Assembly (NCBI GenBank): GCA_964486045.1
Contig: CAZALK010000001.1
Span: 96,001 to 160,000 of the forward strand
DNA from: an uncultured archaeon
GTDB lineage: Archaea; Asgardarchaeota; Lokiarchaeia; Sigyniarchaeales; SOKP01
Direction of reading: 5' to 3'
DNA length: 64,000 nt
The notes under the pieces are model-generated. The model made no database searches. It worked only from the letters and a program-made list of their open reading frames with translations, and was not told where the DNA came from. The position numbers were made by a program, and so were the translations under genes. Position 1 is the first letter of the stretch. Every line of letters starts with the position of its first letter. This document shows, one piece after another, positions 18,670 through 28,643 of this stretch.

Positions 18670-19182
18670 TTAAAATTTTTCCCACTTTTTCTTATACAGG
18701 AAGATTATTATCCCTATAGCGGAGATTGATGTAATTAATATGATCTCCATTTGAAATCCTGGAATTATTGGAAGATAATATCTGGTTAAATCCTCGGTGC
18801 TTGCTAAATTATACGTATCTGGACCCCCTCCAACTAACATTACCTCAATGTAATAAATTTTTGTTTGGGAGGCTGTAAAATTTATATAAGGGTTGTCAAT
18901 CAAACTATAGTCAATCACGCTACTAAAAATTCTATTATCAAGGCTTTTATCTGCTTTTACATACGATTCTATTGGGCGCGTTTCAAAAAGGAAAAGAGTA
19001 AAATTACCAATCTCATTATGTGTAACACTAATTTCTGTACTATTCCCTTCTCCTAAGTCAAACAAGAAAAAAGCATAATTTCCGTCATTAATATAATCTA
19101 CATATGTGAAAGCTTTTACATTGATGATTGGTACTATGAGGAAAAATAAGGAGCAGAAAAATATGATTTTTTTATAATTCAT
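18670..19182 (-). CDS. Secreted surface protein with Loki-CTERM/PGF-CTERM-like sorting signal
   Basis: Signal peptide ending VKA. C-terminal 'IPGF' + TM helix + 'YKKK'. Confidence 0.75.
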   Translation of the reverse strand: MNYKKIIFFCSLFFLIVPIINVKAFTYVDYINDGNYAFFLFDLGEGNSTEISVTHNEIGNFTLFLFETRPIESYVKADKSLDNRIFSSVIDYSLIDNPYINFTASQTKIYYIEVMLVGGGPDTYNLASTEDLTRYYLPIIPGFQMEIILITSISAIGIIIFLYKKKWEKF

Positions 19183-19413
19183 TATTAATTTACTTCGAAT
19201 TCTATTAAAATAGATATTTTATTCATAATTTTAAAATTTTTCATTTTTAATTTGTTTATAATTGGAAACCTTTTTATTATTTTAGATTAGATTTTACAAT
19301 TATCGCTTATTAGAATTAGTAAAAATCATTTTAGTAAATTATTGTTTACTAATTTAAAATTTGTGTAATGATTGAGCGAGATAAATACATTTAAGTGTTT
19401 TTAATTCTCTTGA

Positions 19414-20331
19414 TTAATATTTTTCAATCTGAATTATGGGTTCAATAATTTCACTTAAAATTTGCCTAGATTCAGCCCAGAAGTAAAATAGCTTGTTATT
19501 AAAGGGCATAATAACTGCTTTTCCAATCTCAAAATAGAGATCGTTTTTTATCTCAAGAGTCTCTTTCAACTCCTCTGAAAAATATTTTGAATTTTGAAGG
19601 TCGCTAATTTCAATTTGCATCTTAAAGCTTTGAAATGTAATGTTAAAGAATTCAACCTTTTCATCAAGTAACTGAATTTGTTTTATATCAAAAAAATATG
19701 ATTTTATTTCTTTAGTTTTTCTCTTTAAACTCTGAGTAAAGAATTCAAGGGCATTCTTATCACTTTGAATATCATAACCGAATGTAAATAAATGGAAGCT
19801 ACAATCTTTTAAGATACTCGCATGAGGTGCATAAAGCATACAGTCATAAACCTCGTAATCAAACATTGGGATATTATTTCTTTTTACATAGGAATGAATC
19901 TTCCAACCTGACATTATCAGTGGTTCAAAATATTTTCTTATAATTGGATCAATTTGATCGAGAGTTATTTCTATACCTTCTTGAAATATATTTTGTAATG
20001 GTTTGGCATTGGTCTCTTTAAATTTCTGCAAGTGGTTTATTTCATCTTTTTTTTTTTGAATGAGGTGGTCAATAAACTCTATCGGTTTAACGGCAATGTA
20101 AATTGCTGCATTTTTAGATTTTTCAGCATATCCACCTTCAATAACGCATCCAAGATCAATTAATTCATGTAAAATAGGGTATATATTAGTCCTTTTGATA
20201 TCAGTAATATGATCTAAATCACGAACTATGCTTCCATTCCTCCCAGCTTTTATTAAAGTGAAATAGATCAAGGATTGATTATGAGTTAAGCCAATGTTTT
20301 CTAACAATTCAATGAAATTTTCTTCTCTCAT
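19414..20331 (-). CDS. TrmB-like winged-helix transcription regulator
   Basis: 'LENIGLTHNQSLIYFTL...IKRTNIYPILHELIDLGCV...YIAVKP'. Likely start is MREEN at 20331. Confidence 0.75.
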   Translation of the reverse strand: MREENFIELLENIGLTHNQSLIYFTLIKAGRNGSIVRDLDHITDIKRTNIYPILHELIDLGCVIEGGYAEKSKNAAIYIAVKPIEFIDHLIQKKKDEINHLQKFKETNAKPLQNIFQEGIEITLDQIDPIIRKYFEPLIMSGWKIHSYVKRNNIPMFDYEVYDCMLYAPHASILKDCSFHLFTFGYDIQSDKNALEFFTQSLKRKTKEIKSYFFDIKQIQLLDEKVEFFNITFQSFKMQIEISDLQNSKYFSEELKETLEIKNDLYFEIGKAVIMPFNNKLFYFWAESRQILSEIIEPIIQIEKY

Positions 20332-20445
20332 GATGGAAATCACACTTAAATATGTATATATGTATATATACACAAATAACATTTAAATTTTAGTATTGAT
20401 ATTATTAAATAATAAGGTTTAATCTATACTCAAGATGATTTTGAA

Positions 20446-21318
20446 ATGAAATTAGAAAACTTAGATTTTGAAAAATATCATGGATTAGGAAATGACTACA
20501 TCATCATTGACGATATTAAATGGAATATCCCAGAAAATAAAAAATCAAAATTAGCATTAACCTTATGTGAAACCCACTTCTCTGTTGGAGCAGATGGGTT
20601 AATCTTTGTTGAAAGTGCCAAGAAAGCCGATATAAAGATAAGAATCTTCAATATCGATGGATCGGAAGCTGAGCTCTGCGGAAATGGCGTCAGATGCTTT
20701 TCTAAGTATGTTTATGAAAATGATATTGTCAAGAAGGAGGAGATTAGTATTGAAACGTTAAAAGGAATTATAGGTGCCAAATTAAATCTCAAAGACGATA
20801 CTGTGGAGAGTGTTCAGATTGATATGGGACCTCCTATTTTAAATTGTGAAGAAATACCAGTTATTTCTGAGGGTCTCTCAAGCAAAGTTGTGAATGAGCC
20901 CATTGTTATAATAGATAAAATATTCAACTTTACAGCAGTATCAATGGGAAATCCACATGCGGTAATTTTTGTAAAAGAACAATTAAATGACGATGAATTG
21001 AATAGGTATGGTTCTACAATAGAAGCTCACGAGCGTTTTCCAAATAATGTCAATGTAGAATTTGTTAAAATTATAACAGAAGAGGAATGTATTTTACGGG
21101 TATTTGAAAGGGGTGTTGGTATCACTAAATCCTGTGGGACAGGTGCTTGCGCTTCAGTAGTAGCAGGCTCTATTCTTGGGATATTAAAAAAAAATGCACC
21201 TATAACAGTACATAACGATGGTGGAGACCTTAGAATAACCTACTTTGGGAAGACAGTTCTAATGGAAGGTCCAATTAAAAAGGTTTTTACGGGAGTTATT
21301 GAAAAATTAGAAATTTAA
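20446..21318 (+). CDS. dapF: Diaminopimelate epimerase
   Basis: KYHGLGNDY, CGNGVRC, SMGNPH, ERGVG.TKSCGTGACA. Confidence 0.96.
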   Translation: MKLENLDFEKYHGLGNDYIIIDDIKWNIPENKKSKLALTLCETHFSVGADGLIFVESAKKADIKIRIFNIDGSEAELCGNGVRCFSKYVYENDIVKKEEISIETLKGIIGAKLNLKDDTVESVQIDMGPPILNCEEIPVISEGLSSKVVNEPIVIIDKIFNFTAVSMGNPHAVIFVKEQLNDDELNRYGSTIEAHERFPNNVNVEFVKIITEEECILRVFERGVGITKSCGTGACASVVAGSILGILKKNAPITVHNDGGDLRITYFGKTVLMEGPIKKVFTGVIEKLEI

Positions 21319-21340
21319 TTAGAATATCTAGATTATTATC

Positions 21341-22654
21341 ATGGATTATACTAAATGGTTAAAAAACAAAGATTTAGAATATAAAGGTGGTATTTTACAA
21401 TTTGCTAATCTGAATACAATAGATATTGCAGAAAAATATGGCACACCGATTTATGTGATTAACGAAGAAATGATACGAAAGCGGTATAAAAAATTAAAGG
21501 AAAACTTGGATTCAGTATATAAGAAGAATTTTGTACATTTTGCAGTAAAATCTAATTCAAATTTATCGGTTTTGAAAATACTAAACTCGGAGGGGGCTTG
21601 TTTTGACTGTACATCTACAGGAGAAATTTATGAATGTTTTGAAGTTGGTATTCCTCCAGAAAAGATAATTTTTACTGGAAATATGTTTACCAATGAGGAT
21701 CTTAAATTTGCTGTTAAAAATAAGGTCCATGTTAACTTAGACAGTATTAGTCAATTAAGACGATTAAATAAAATCCATGATGAATTAGGTTTTGAAAAGC
21801 AAATAATGTCATTTAGAATAAATCCAGAATTCGGAGCAGGTCATCATTCTCATACAATAACAGCTGGAAAAATGATAAAGTTCGGCATATTAGAGAAACA
21901 GGTTATAGAAGCATACTCACTAGCAAAAAAATTAGGATTTAAAAGGTTTGGGACTCATATACATATCGGTTCTGGCATCCTCAATGCTTACGATTATGAA
22001 AAGGCTGTTGAAAAATACTTAACTATTATTACTCAATTAACCGATACGATTAATATTAATTTAGAATTCATAGATTTTGGAGGGGGTTTGGGAATTCCTT
22101 ATCATCCAGAAGAAGAAGAGTTGAATTTAGATATTTATAAAGAAATAGTTGTCAAAAAATTTAAAACCCTAGTTAATAGCGGAGACCTAGGTGAGCCGCG
22201 TTTTATCATTGAACCGGGGAGATATTTATCTGCTGAAGCAAGTATAATTGTATCTCAAATTAACACTATCAAAGATAATGGTTATAAGAAATTCGTAGGC
22301 GTAAATGCGGGATTTAATACACTAATTCGACCTATTATGTATGGATCGTATCATCATATCATCCCGTGTTCAGATAACAAAGAGAGGAGTATGACCAAAT
22401 ATGATGTAGTCGGCCCTATCTGTGAATCTGGAGATATTATAGGTAAAGAAAGAGTATTACCTGAATTAAAAGAAGGAGAGTTTCTTGCTATTTTAGATAC
22501 TGGTGCTTATGGATTTGTAATGAGTAGTCAATATAATTCTAGACCACGGCCAGCAGAAATTTTGATAGCCAATGGTCAAACCTTTAAAATCAGGGAAGAA
22601 GAAACATATAATGATTTATATAGAAATCAAATAATTCCTAAACACTTAAATTAG
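21341..22654 (+). CDS. lysA: Diaminopimelate decarboxylase
   Basis: AVKSN (PLP Lys), HIHIGS, DFGGGLG, EPGRY, GPICESGD, GAYG...YNSRPRP. Confidence 0.96.
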   Translation: MDYTKWLKNKDLEYKGGILQFANLNTIDIAEKYGTPIYVINEEMIRKRYKKLKENLDSVYKKNFVHFAVKSNSNLSVLKILNSEGACFDCTSTGEIYECFEVGIPPEKIIFTGNMFTNEDLKFAVKNKVHVNLDSISQLRRLNKIHDELGFEKQIMSFRINPEFGAGHHSHTITAGKMIKFGILEKQVIEAYSLAKKLGFKRFGTHIHIGSGILNAYDYEKAVEKYLTIITQLTDTININLEFIDFGGGLGIPYHPEEEELNLDIYKEIVVKKFKTLVNSGDLGEPRFIIEPGRYLSAEASIIVSQINTIKDNGYKKFVGVNAGFNTLIRPIMYGSYHHIIPCSDNKERSMTKYDVVGPICESGDIIGKERVLPELKEGEFLAILDTGAYGFVMSSQYNSRPRPAEILIANGQTFKIREEETYNDLYRNQIIPKHLN

Positions 22655-22734
22655 GGTTTTGTCTAATTCATATAATTCGCAAAAATTATAATTTTAAGAA
22701 TTCAATAATATATTGAGATAAAATTATATCAAAT

Positions 22735-22850
22735 GGGATTATTAGGGCTTGGATACCCCTTATTAATCTCGATGATGTGTTGGCATTATGAAATCTACTC
22801 TTAGTAGTAAACACAAGAGGATTAATGATAATACTGATCTGCACTGATAA
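22735..22850 (+). ncRNA. Candidate box C/D-like (double K-turn) small RNA
   Basis: 5' hairpin at 22735-22770. C-like ATGATG at 22772, D'-like ATGA at 22788, stem AATC..CTCTT/AAGAG-GATT, C'-like ATGATAA at 22825, D box CTGA at 22844. Confidence 0.5.
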
Positions 22851-22871
22851 TTTCTATAATTTTATCTCATT

Positions 22872-23693
22872 TTATAGACCGAGAACTTCCCGAGTCGAAT
22901 AAATCTTATCTTCTTTTGCATCCACTATAAATTTAATGGCTATTATGGAACCGTCAGCAAAACATTCTCGACTATGAGCTTGGTGCTTGAATTCAATCCT
23001 CTCTCCTGGTCCCGCATATAAAATTAAATGATCCCCTACAATATCACCTCCTCGAATAGAATGAATTCCAATCTCTCTTTTAGCACCAATGAGACGTTTA
23101 CTAGGTCCGCGTTGCCTTCCAAATTTTGCGATCTTTCCAAAATCAGAACCTATGGTATCGCTTAAGATTTGCCCTATTTTTAGCGCTGTTCCACTAGGAG
23201 CATCCACTTTCCTATGATGATGAGTTTCAAGTATTTCAATATCCCAATCTGCTAAGTAATTAGTTAGTATCGAAGCAATCTTGAATAAAACGTTTACTCC
23301 GGTTGCCATATTTGGAGAAATTACAGAGGGGGTGTGGTTTCTTTTTATTTCCCCCTCAAATTTATCAAGAAACTCTTGAGATAAAGCTGTAGTTCCAATA
23401 ACACATCTGATTCCATTTTCAACACATAACATACAGTTTTTTTCTGTTGCTGCAGCTACCGTAAAATCTACGGCTACATCAGGTTTTGTTTCAGTTATGA
23501 CTTCCCCGAGATTTTCTACATCAGTCACTTCTATTTTATTTGGATCACTTGTACCAACGATGTTAGCTAATTTTTCCCCTATATTTTGGGTGTCACAAGC
23601 CGCAACAACATTAATATCTTTATCCTCTAATGCTAATTTACTAATTAACTTACCCATCGAACCTGTCGGTCCGAAAATCAGTAATTTAATCAT
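22872..23693 (-). CDS. dapB: 4-hydroxy-tetrahydrodipicolinate reductase
   Basis: GPTGSMG, VDFT, GTT, ETHHHRKVDAPSGTA, RGGDIVGDH. ATG at 23693 follows GGAGGT. Confidence 0.96.
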   Translation of the reverse strand: MIKLLIFGPTGSMGKLISKLALEDKDINVVAACDTQNIGEKLANIVGTSDPNKIEVTDVENLGEVITETKPDVAVDFTVAAATEKNCMLCVENGIRCVIGTTALSQEFLDKFEGEIKRNHTPSVISPNMATGVNVLFKIASILTNYLADWDIEILETHHHRKVDAPSGTALKIGQILSDTIGSDFGKIAKFGRQRGPSKRLIGAKREIGIHSIRGGDIVGDHLILYAGPGERIEFKHQAHSRECFADGSIIAIKFIVDAKEDKIYSTREVLGL

Positions 23694-23714
23694 ATTTAGA
23701 ACCTCCAAGGATGT

Positions 23715-24614
23715 TTAAATAATATCTAAATCCTTTAAAACACTTTTAATTCGTTTTTGATTTTCCTTTAAGGGAGGTGTCATGGGTAATCTCATTCTAT
23801 TATCCATCAAGTCCAATTCATTTGCTGCATATTTGACTGGTCCAGGATTGGTTTCAATGAATAATACCTTAAATAAATCATACAACTGTAGCTGCATCTC
23901 TCTTGCTTTTTTCCAATTATTATTTAGCATACTTTTAGTAAATTCGACTAATTTTGAAGGGATAATATTCGATGCAACGCTTACAACACCTTTTCCGCCT
24001 AATGCCATAACATGATATGTCATACTGTCATCACCACTTAAGACAATAAAATCGTCTGGAGTAGTTTTAATGATTTTCGTTATTTGGTCTATATCACCAC
24101 TAGCACATTTAATCCCTACGATATTATCCTTAGCATATGCGAGTTTTGAAACTGTTTCAGGTTCTATATTTCTTCCAGTACGGCTTGGGACGTTATATAT
24201 AACTATCGGTAGGGATACAGAATCCGCTATTGCTGAGAAGTGATCCATTAGAGAATGTTGAACGGGTTTATTATAGTAGGGTACTACAATTAATGCTCCA
24301 TCAGCACCAACCTTTTCAGCGTATTGGGATAAAGAAATAGCTTCTTTAGTCGAATTACTTCCTGCTCCGGCTAACACAAAAGGATCTTTCCCACTCTTTT
24401 TTGCTTCATCAACAGTAATGTCCATTGCTACATGGTGTTCTTCATGTGACAGCGTAGCACTTTCACCAGTTGTACCCATTGTTAAGAGCTGAGCCCCATT
24501 TTCGATTTGAAATCTTATAAATTCTCTGTATTTTGCTTCATCAATAGTTAAATCTTCTCGAAAGGGAGTAATCATCGCTGTAATTACATTTTTAAGTTTT
24601 TCAATACCAGGCAT
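23715..24614 (-). CDS. dapA: 4-hydroxy-tetrahydrodipicolinate synthase
   Basis: GTTGESATL, PYYNKP, YNVPSRT, GIK, SGDD, ETNPGPVK. Confidence 0.96.
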   Translation of the reverse strand: MPGIEKLKNVITAMITPFREDLTIDEAKYREFIRFQIENGAQLLTMGTTGESATLSHEEHHVAMDITVDEAKKSGKDPFVLAGAGSNSTKEAISLSQYAEKVGADGALIVVPYYNKPVQHSLMDHFSAIADSVSLPIVIYNVPSRTGRNIEPETVSKLAYAKDNIVGIKCASGDIDQITKIIKTTPDDFIVLSGDDSMTYHVMALGGKGVVSVASNIIPSKLVEFTKSMLNNNWKKAREMQLQLYDLFKVLFIETNPGPVKYAANELDLMDNRMRLPMTPPLKENQKRIKSVLKDLDII

Positions 24615-24866
24615 GATAATTTTATTTACTAAATTTTTTACTATTCTATTAAAGCAAGTATTAGAAAAAATCCTTTATAAGCCTTATTAATATCATAAAT
24701 AGTTTTTTTAACGAGAGAATGAATTCGACATTTTTAAAAATAAGATTAAGAAAATTGGAGAATTATCTTTTTTAATAATGGATAAATGTTAAATATGTAA
24801 ATTATTACTTTCATATTTATATAGTGAATGATGTATGTGTGGGAAATTAGAAGGAATTAAACTCTT

Positions 24867-26747
24867 TTGAATATAAATCATCCATATCTTCAACTTTCAA
24901 ATGAGAAAGTTAAAGAAATTTTAAATGTAATTCCAAACCCGGTATTTGTTTGGCAAAGAAAAGAAGGGGATTTGGTTTTAGTAGATTATAACAAAGCAGC
25001 AGAAGTCATCACTGAATTTAAGGTTAAGGAGTTAATTAATTTAAAGGCAACAGAGATATATATTGACAGACCTGAAATGATAAAAGATTTAAACCGGTGT
25101 TTAAATGAAAAATTAAATTTTTCAAAAGAAGTGAAATATAAATTTATTAGTACTGGGATGAATAAAACCCTTTATGTAACACTTAGTTATATTTCACCTG
25201 ATTTTGTTTTTGTATATACAGAAGATATTACTGAACAAAAAAAAGGAGAAGCCTATCTAAAAAAATCAGAAACAGAAAAATCAATTATTTTGGCAAGTAT
25301 ATCTGAACTTATTGTGTTTCAGGACCTGGACAATAACATAATACGAGCGAACAAAGCCGCAGCTGACTCTGTTCAAAAAAAATTACCACAATTAATTGGT
25401 CAAAAATGTTTCTCAATATGGCACAATCGTGATACACCTTGTGAAATTTGCCCTGTCAATAGAACTGTGGAAACATCTCAAATAGAAACTGATTCTATTG
25501 CCTCACCAGATGGGAGAAACTGGATAATAACAGGTTACCCCGTGTTTGACAATTCTGAAAAACTAGTTGGTGTTGTTGAAGTAGCGAATGATGTTACAGA
25601 ACGTATTAAAGCACAACTAAAAATTAAGGAATCAGAAGAGAAGTATCGATCACTTTTTGAAAATATGACAGCTGCTTTTGCATATCATGAAGTTGTCACT
25701 GATGAAAACAATAAACCAATTGATTATAAATATGTAGAAGCCAACTCTGCATTTGAAAAACTTACTAGTTTAAAACTAGATGATTTAATTGGAAAAAATG
25801 TAACTGAGGTACTACCAGGAATAGAAAATGACCCTGCTGATTGGATTGGTAGATTTGGTGAAGTTGGACTAACAGGAATACCGCTTTCTATTGAAGATTA
25901 CTCAGAACCTTTAGATCGGTGGTATAAGGTTTCTGGATATTCTCCTAAAAAGGGTTTTTTTGCCGTAACCTTTACCGACATTACCAATCGGAAAAAGACA
26001 GAAGAAAAATTGAAGGAATCTGAAAAAAAATATAGGGACGCCTTTAATCGGAGTAATTTATACAAGGATATATTTACTCATGACATAAATAATATCCTCC
26101 AGAATGTGTTATCGTCATTAGAGCTTTCTAAAGCCTTCTCTCATGAAGTTAATAAAAAACTTGAATACGAAGAAGTCATGAATCTCATTAATAGACAAAT
26201 TATTCGAGGAAAAAAACTAGTAAAAAACATACAAACTCTTTCTCAAGTTGATAAGTATAAGGAAGATCTTTCTTCAATCGAAATATTAAATATGTTAGAA
26301 AAAACAGTTAAAATCTTAAAAGAAAACAATCACGACAAAACAGTAGATATCACAATTACAGCATCTCAAGATGAATATTATATAAAAGCAAACAAATCAT
26401 TAAGAAAAATTTTTGATAACATTCTTGATAATGCCGTATATCATAATGGAAGTTTATTGATAGAAATTGTAATCAGCATCTCAAAAGAACGTAAAGATGA
26501 AACTGATTTCATCAAATTTGAGTTTATTGATAATGGCATAGGAATTCCTGATCCTATGAAAGATAGTATTTTTACTAGAGAAATTAAAGAAAACGATATA
26601 CCCTCAGGTATTGGGTTAGGCTTATTACTTGTAAAAAGATTAGTAGAAAGTTATAATGGAGAGATAAGAGTTCAAGATCGAATTATAGGAGATCATACTA
26701 AAGGAAGTAAATTTATTGTTTTAATCCCAGAAAAACAGATCCATTGA
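24867..26747 (+). CDS. PAS-domain sensor histidine kinase
   Basis: Three PAS domains (one with 'CFSIW..PCEICP'); H-box HDINNILQ; N, G1 (DNGIGI) and G2 (GIGLGL) boxes. Confidence 0.92.
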   Translation: MNINHPYLQLSNEKVKEILNVIPNPVFVWQRKEGDLVLVDYNKAAEVITEFKVKELINLKATEIYIDRPEMIKDLNRCLNEKLNFSKEVKYKFISTGMNKTLYVTLSYISPDFVFVYTEDITEQKKGEAYLKKSETEKSIILASISELIVFQDLDNNIIRANKAAADSVQKKLPQLIGQKCFSIWHNRDTPCEICPVNRTVETSQIETDSIASPDGRNWIITGYPVFDNSEKLVGVVEVANDVTERIKAQLKIKESEEKYRSLFENMTAAFAYHEVVTDENNKPIDYKYVEANSAFEKLTSLKLDDLIGKNVTEVLPGIENDPADWIGRFGEVGLTGIPLSIEDYSEPLDRWYKVSGYSPKKGFFAVTFTDITNRKKTEEKLKESEKKYRDAFNRSNLYKDIFTHDINNILQNVLSSLELSKAFSHEVNKKLEYEEVMNLINRQIIRGKKLVKNIQTLSQVDKYKEDLSSIEILNMLEKTVKILKENNHDKTVDITITASQDEYYIKANKSLRKIFDNILDNAVYHNGSLLIEIVISISKERKDETDFIKFEFIDNGIGIPDPMKDSIFTREIKENDIPSGIGLGLLLVKRLVESYNGEIRVQDRIIGDHTKGSKFIVLIPEKQIH

Positions 26748-26870
26748 TGCTCTACCTTATCTTTTAAGAATCAATGTTGTTTAAATCAAAAAACTCATTA
26801 AAAATATTCATAAACCTTAAAAGAATTGATTTTGATTTATTTACTAATTCATTTCAATCAGCTTGTTAAA

Positions 26871-27872
26871 ATGAAGATAGACTATCTTGACAAATTTAAA
26901 GGTACATTGTTAGGAGTAGCAATAGGAGATACTCTTGGACATCCTTTTGAAGGTGTCTTACATAATGATATTATTTCAAAATTTGAAGATTTTGAAGAAT
27001 TCATTCAAAAAAATAAAAAATTATTTAACACTTATACTGACGATACCCAATTGACAATTCACACAGCAAAAGCGTTGATTCAAGGAAATGGCTATAATAC
27101 AGACAATTTTGTAAGAGAATATATTTTATGGCTAGAAGATCCACCAATTGGACCGGGTTATGGTTGTATATCTTCAATCCAGAAGTTAAAATATGGAATC
27201 CATTGGAAAAAAGCTTCCTCAAATTCTGGCGGAAATGGTACAGTAATGCGAATCGCACCAATTGGATTGTTTTATTGTAAAAACCTTAAAGAGTTAAAAA
27301 GTTCCGCCATTAAATCAAGTATTATTACCCATTCTCACCCGGCGGCTTCAGCTGGAGCGATCGTTATAGCAAGAGCAATAGCTTTTTTAATAGAGAAAAA
27401 TCCAAAAACTGGTTTTTCTATTGACGAATTTTTTAAAGTGATAATTTCTGCGATCTCTGGTTCACAAGAAGAAATATGGGAAGAATTCATTGAAATTTTA
27501 AATAAATTAAAGTCTAATTTAGATATGCCAATCGAAGCAGGTTTGATTAAATTTTCTCAAATTGGTGTTAAATCTCCATATTTTATTGAACAGTATTTGG
27601 GTCAAGCATTTGTTCACCCATATGCAATAAGCACGGTGGTTTGTTCGATTTTTATCTTTCTCAAAAGCCTGTCTTCATTCCAGAGGTGTATTTTTGAGCT
27701 CGCAACCGCAGGAGGAGATAGTGATACAGTTGGAGCAATTGGAGGAAGTTTAGCAGGAACATACTTTGGAAATAATAATATTCCGATAGTCTTAGCTAAA
27801 ATGGTTAAAAACTATAAGAAAATTTTAAAATTGAGTGAGGATCTTCATTATAAATTTACTAAAAGGTTATAA
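26871..27872 (+). CDS. ADP-ribosylglycohydrolase (DraG/ARH family)
   Basis: GVAIGDTLG, YTDDTQ, SGGNGTVMRIAP, ITHSH, GGDSDT. Confidence 0.93.
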   Translation: MKIDYLDKFKGTLLGVAIGDTLGHPFEGVLHNDIISKFEDFEEFIQKNKKLFNTYTDDTQLTIHTAKALIQGNGYNTDNFVREYILWLEDPPIGPGYGCISSIQKLKYGIHWKKASSNSGGNGTVMRIAPIGLFYCKNLKELKSSAIKSSIITHSHPAASAGAIVIARAIAFLIEKNPKTGFSIDEFFKVIISAISGSQEEIWEEFIEILNKLKSNLDMPIEAGLIKFSQIGVKSPYFIEQYLGQAFVHPYAISTVVCSIFIFLKSLSSFQRCIFELATAGGDSDTVGAIGGSLAGTYFGNNNIPIVLAKMVKNYKKILKLSEDLHYKFTKRL

Positions 27873-27887
27873 AACACAGACCTTGAT

Positions 27888-28457
27888 TTAATTAAGAACC
27901 TCTTTTATTAAATTTAAGCATGAAATACAAAATTCTGGTAATTTTTTGTCAACATCTTTTAAACTATTAGAAAATCGCATTACACACAAATTATTGCAAT
28001 GTTTTAACCCAAAAGTGTGTCCAAGTTCGTGAATAGCTTCTTTTAATATTCGATCTTCTAAATTTTTTCCAGTTTCATGTTTCCTGTATATCATGCGGGA
28101 TTCCTTATAAAATTTTTCTCTAAGACGAGTTAAGGAAATTAAAGCTACTCCAGATCTCATGTTGGCTAAACCAAATACAAAATTGTGTTTTTTTGAGTAA
28201 ATATCTTCGTCGAGAATTCCAAGTATCCGAAAGAACTCCTTATTTAGAGATTCACTTCTTATTTTCTTTAGTATTGTTAAAGCATTGAATTGTTTCTTGG
28301 ATTTATTATACTCTGAGTCTGTTAACGGTATCATATCCTTTTCTATTTTAACCGTAATATTAAACTCACTTAATTCTCGCTCTAAACGGCTCTTTAAACC
28401 AATTAATAGGTTTTGACCTAATTTACCTATTTTTTGCAGATATATAATTCTTTTCAT
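27888..28457 (-). CDS. Archaemetzincin (M54 Zn protease)
   Basis: 'NFVFGLA' and 'KEAIHELGHTFGLKHCNNLCVMRFS...FCISC'. Confidence 0.92.
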   Translation of the reverse strand: MKRIIYLQKIGKLGQNLLIGLKSRLERELSEFNITVKIEKDMIPLTDSEYNKSKKQFNALTILKKIRSESLNKEFFRILGILDEDIYSKKHNFVFGLANMRSGVALISLTRLREKFYKESRMIYRKHETGKNLEDRILKEAIHELGHTFGLKHCNNLCVMRFSNSLKDVDKKLPEFCISCLNLIKEVLN

Positions 28458-28643
28458 GCCAATTACAATATAGGCTATAACCGTAAATGGTAATGTTCCC
28501 ATATAAAAGATATAATTTTAGATTTAAAAATCATATGGTGAACACTAACCCTTAAATAAAAAATTAACTTCTAATTTACTCGTACTGATTAAAAATTTTC
28601 CTAAATTTCACCTTTTAGCAAAATTTCTAGGGTTGGGCTAAAA

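Noticed and set aside
22788-22829. SECIS element downstream of lysA
   Set aside because: The 3-nt bulge lies on the K-turn (C'/D') side, and neither flanking gene has an in-frame UGA.
22655-22871. Lysine riboswitch
   Set aside because: It lies at the 3' ends of both lysine gene pairs and lacks L-box motifs.
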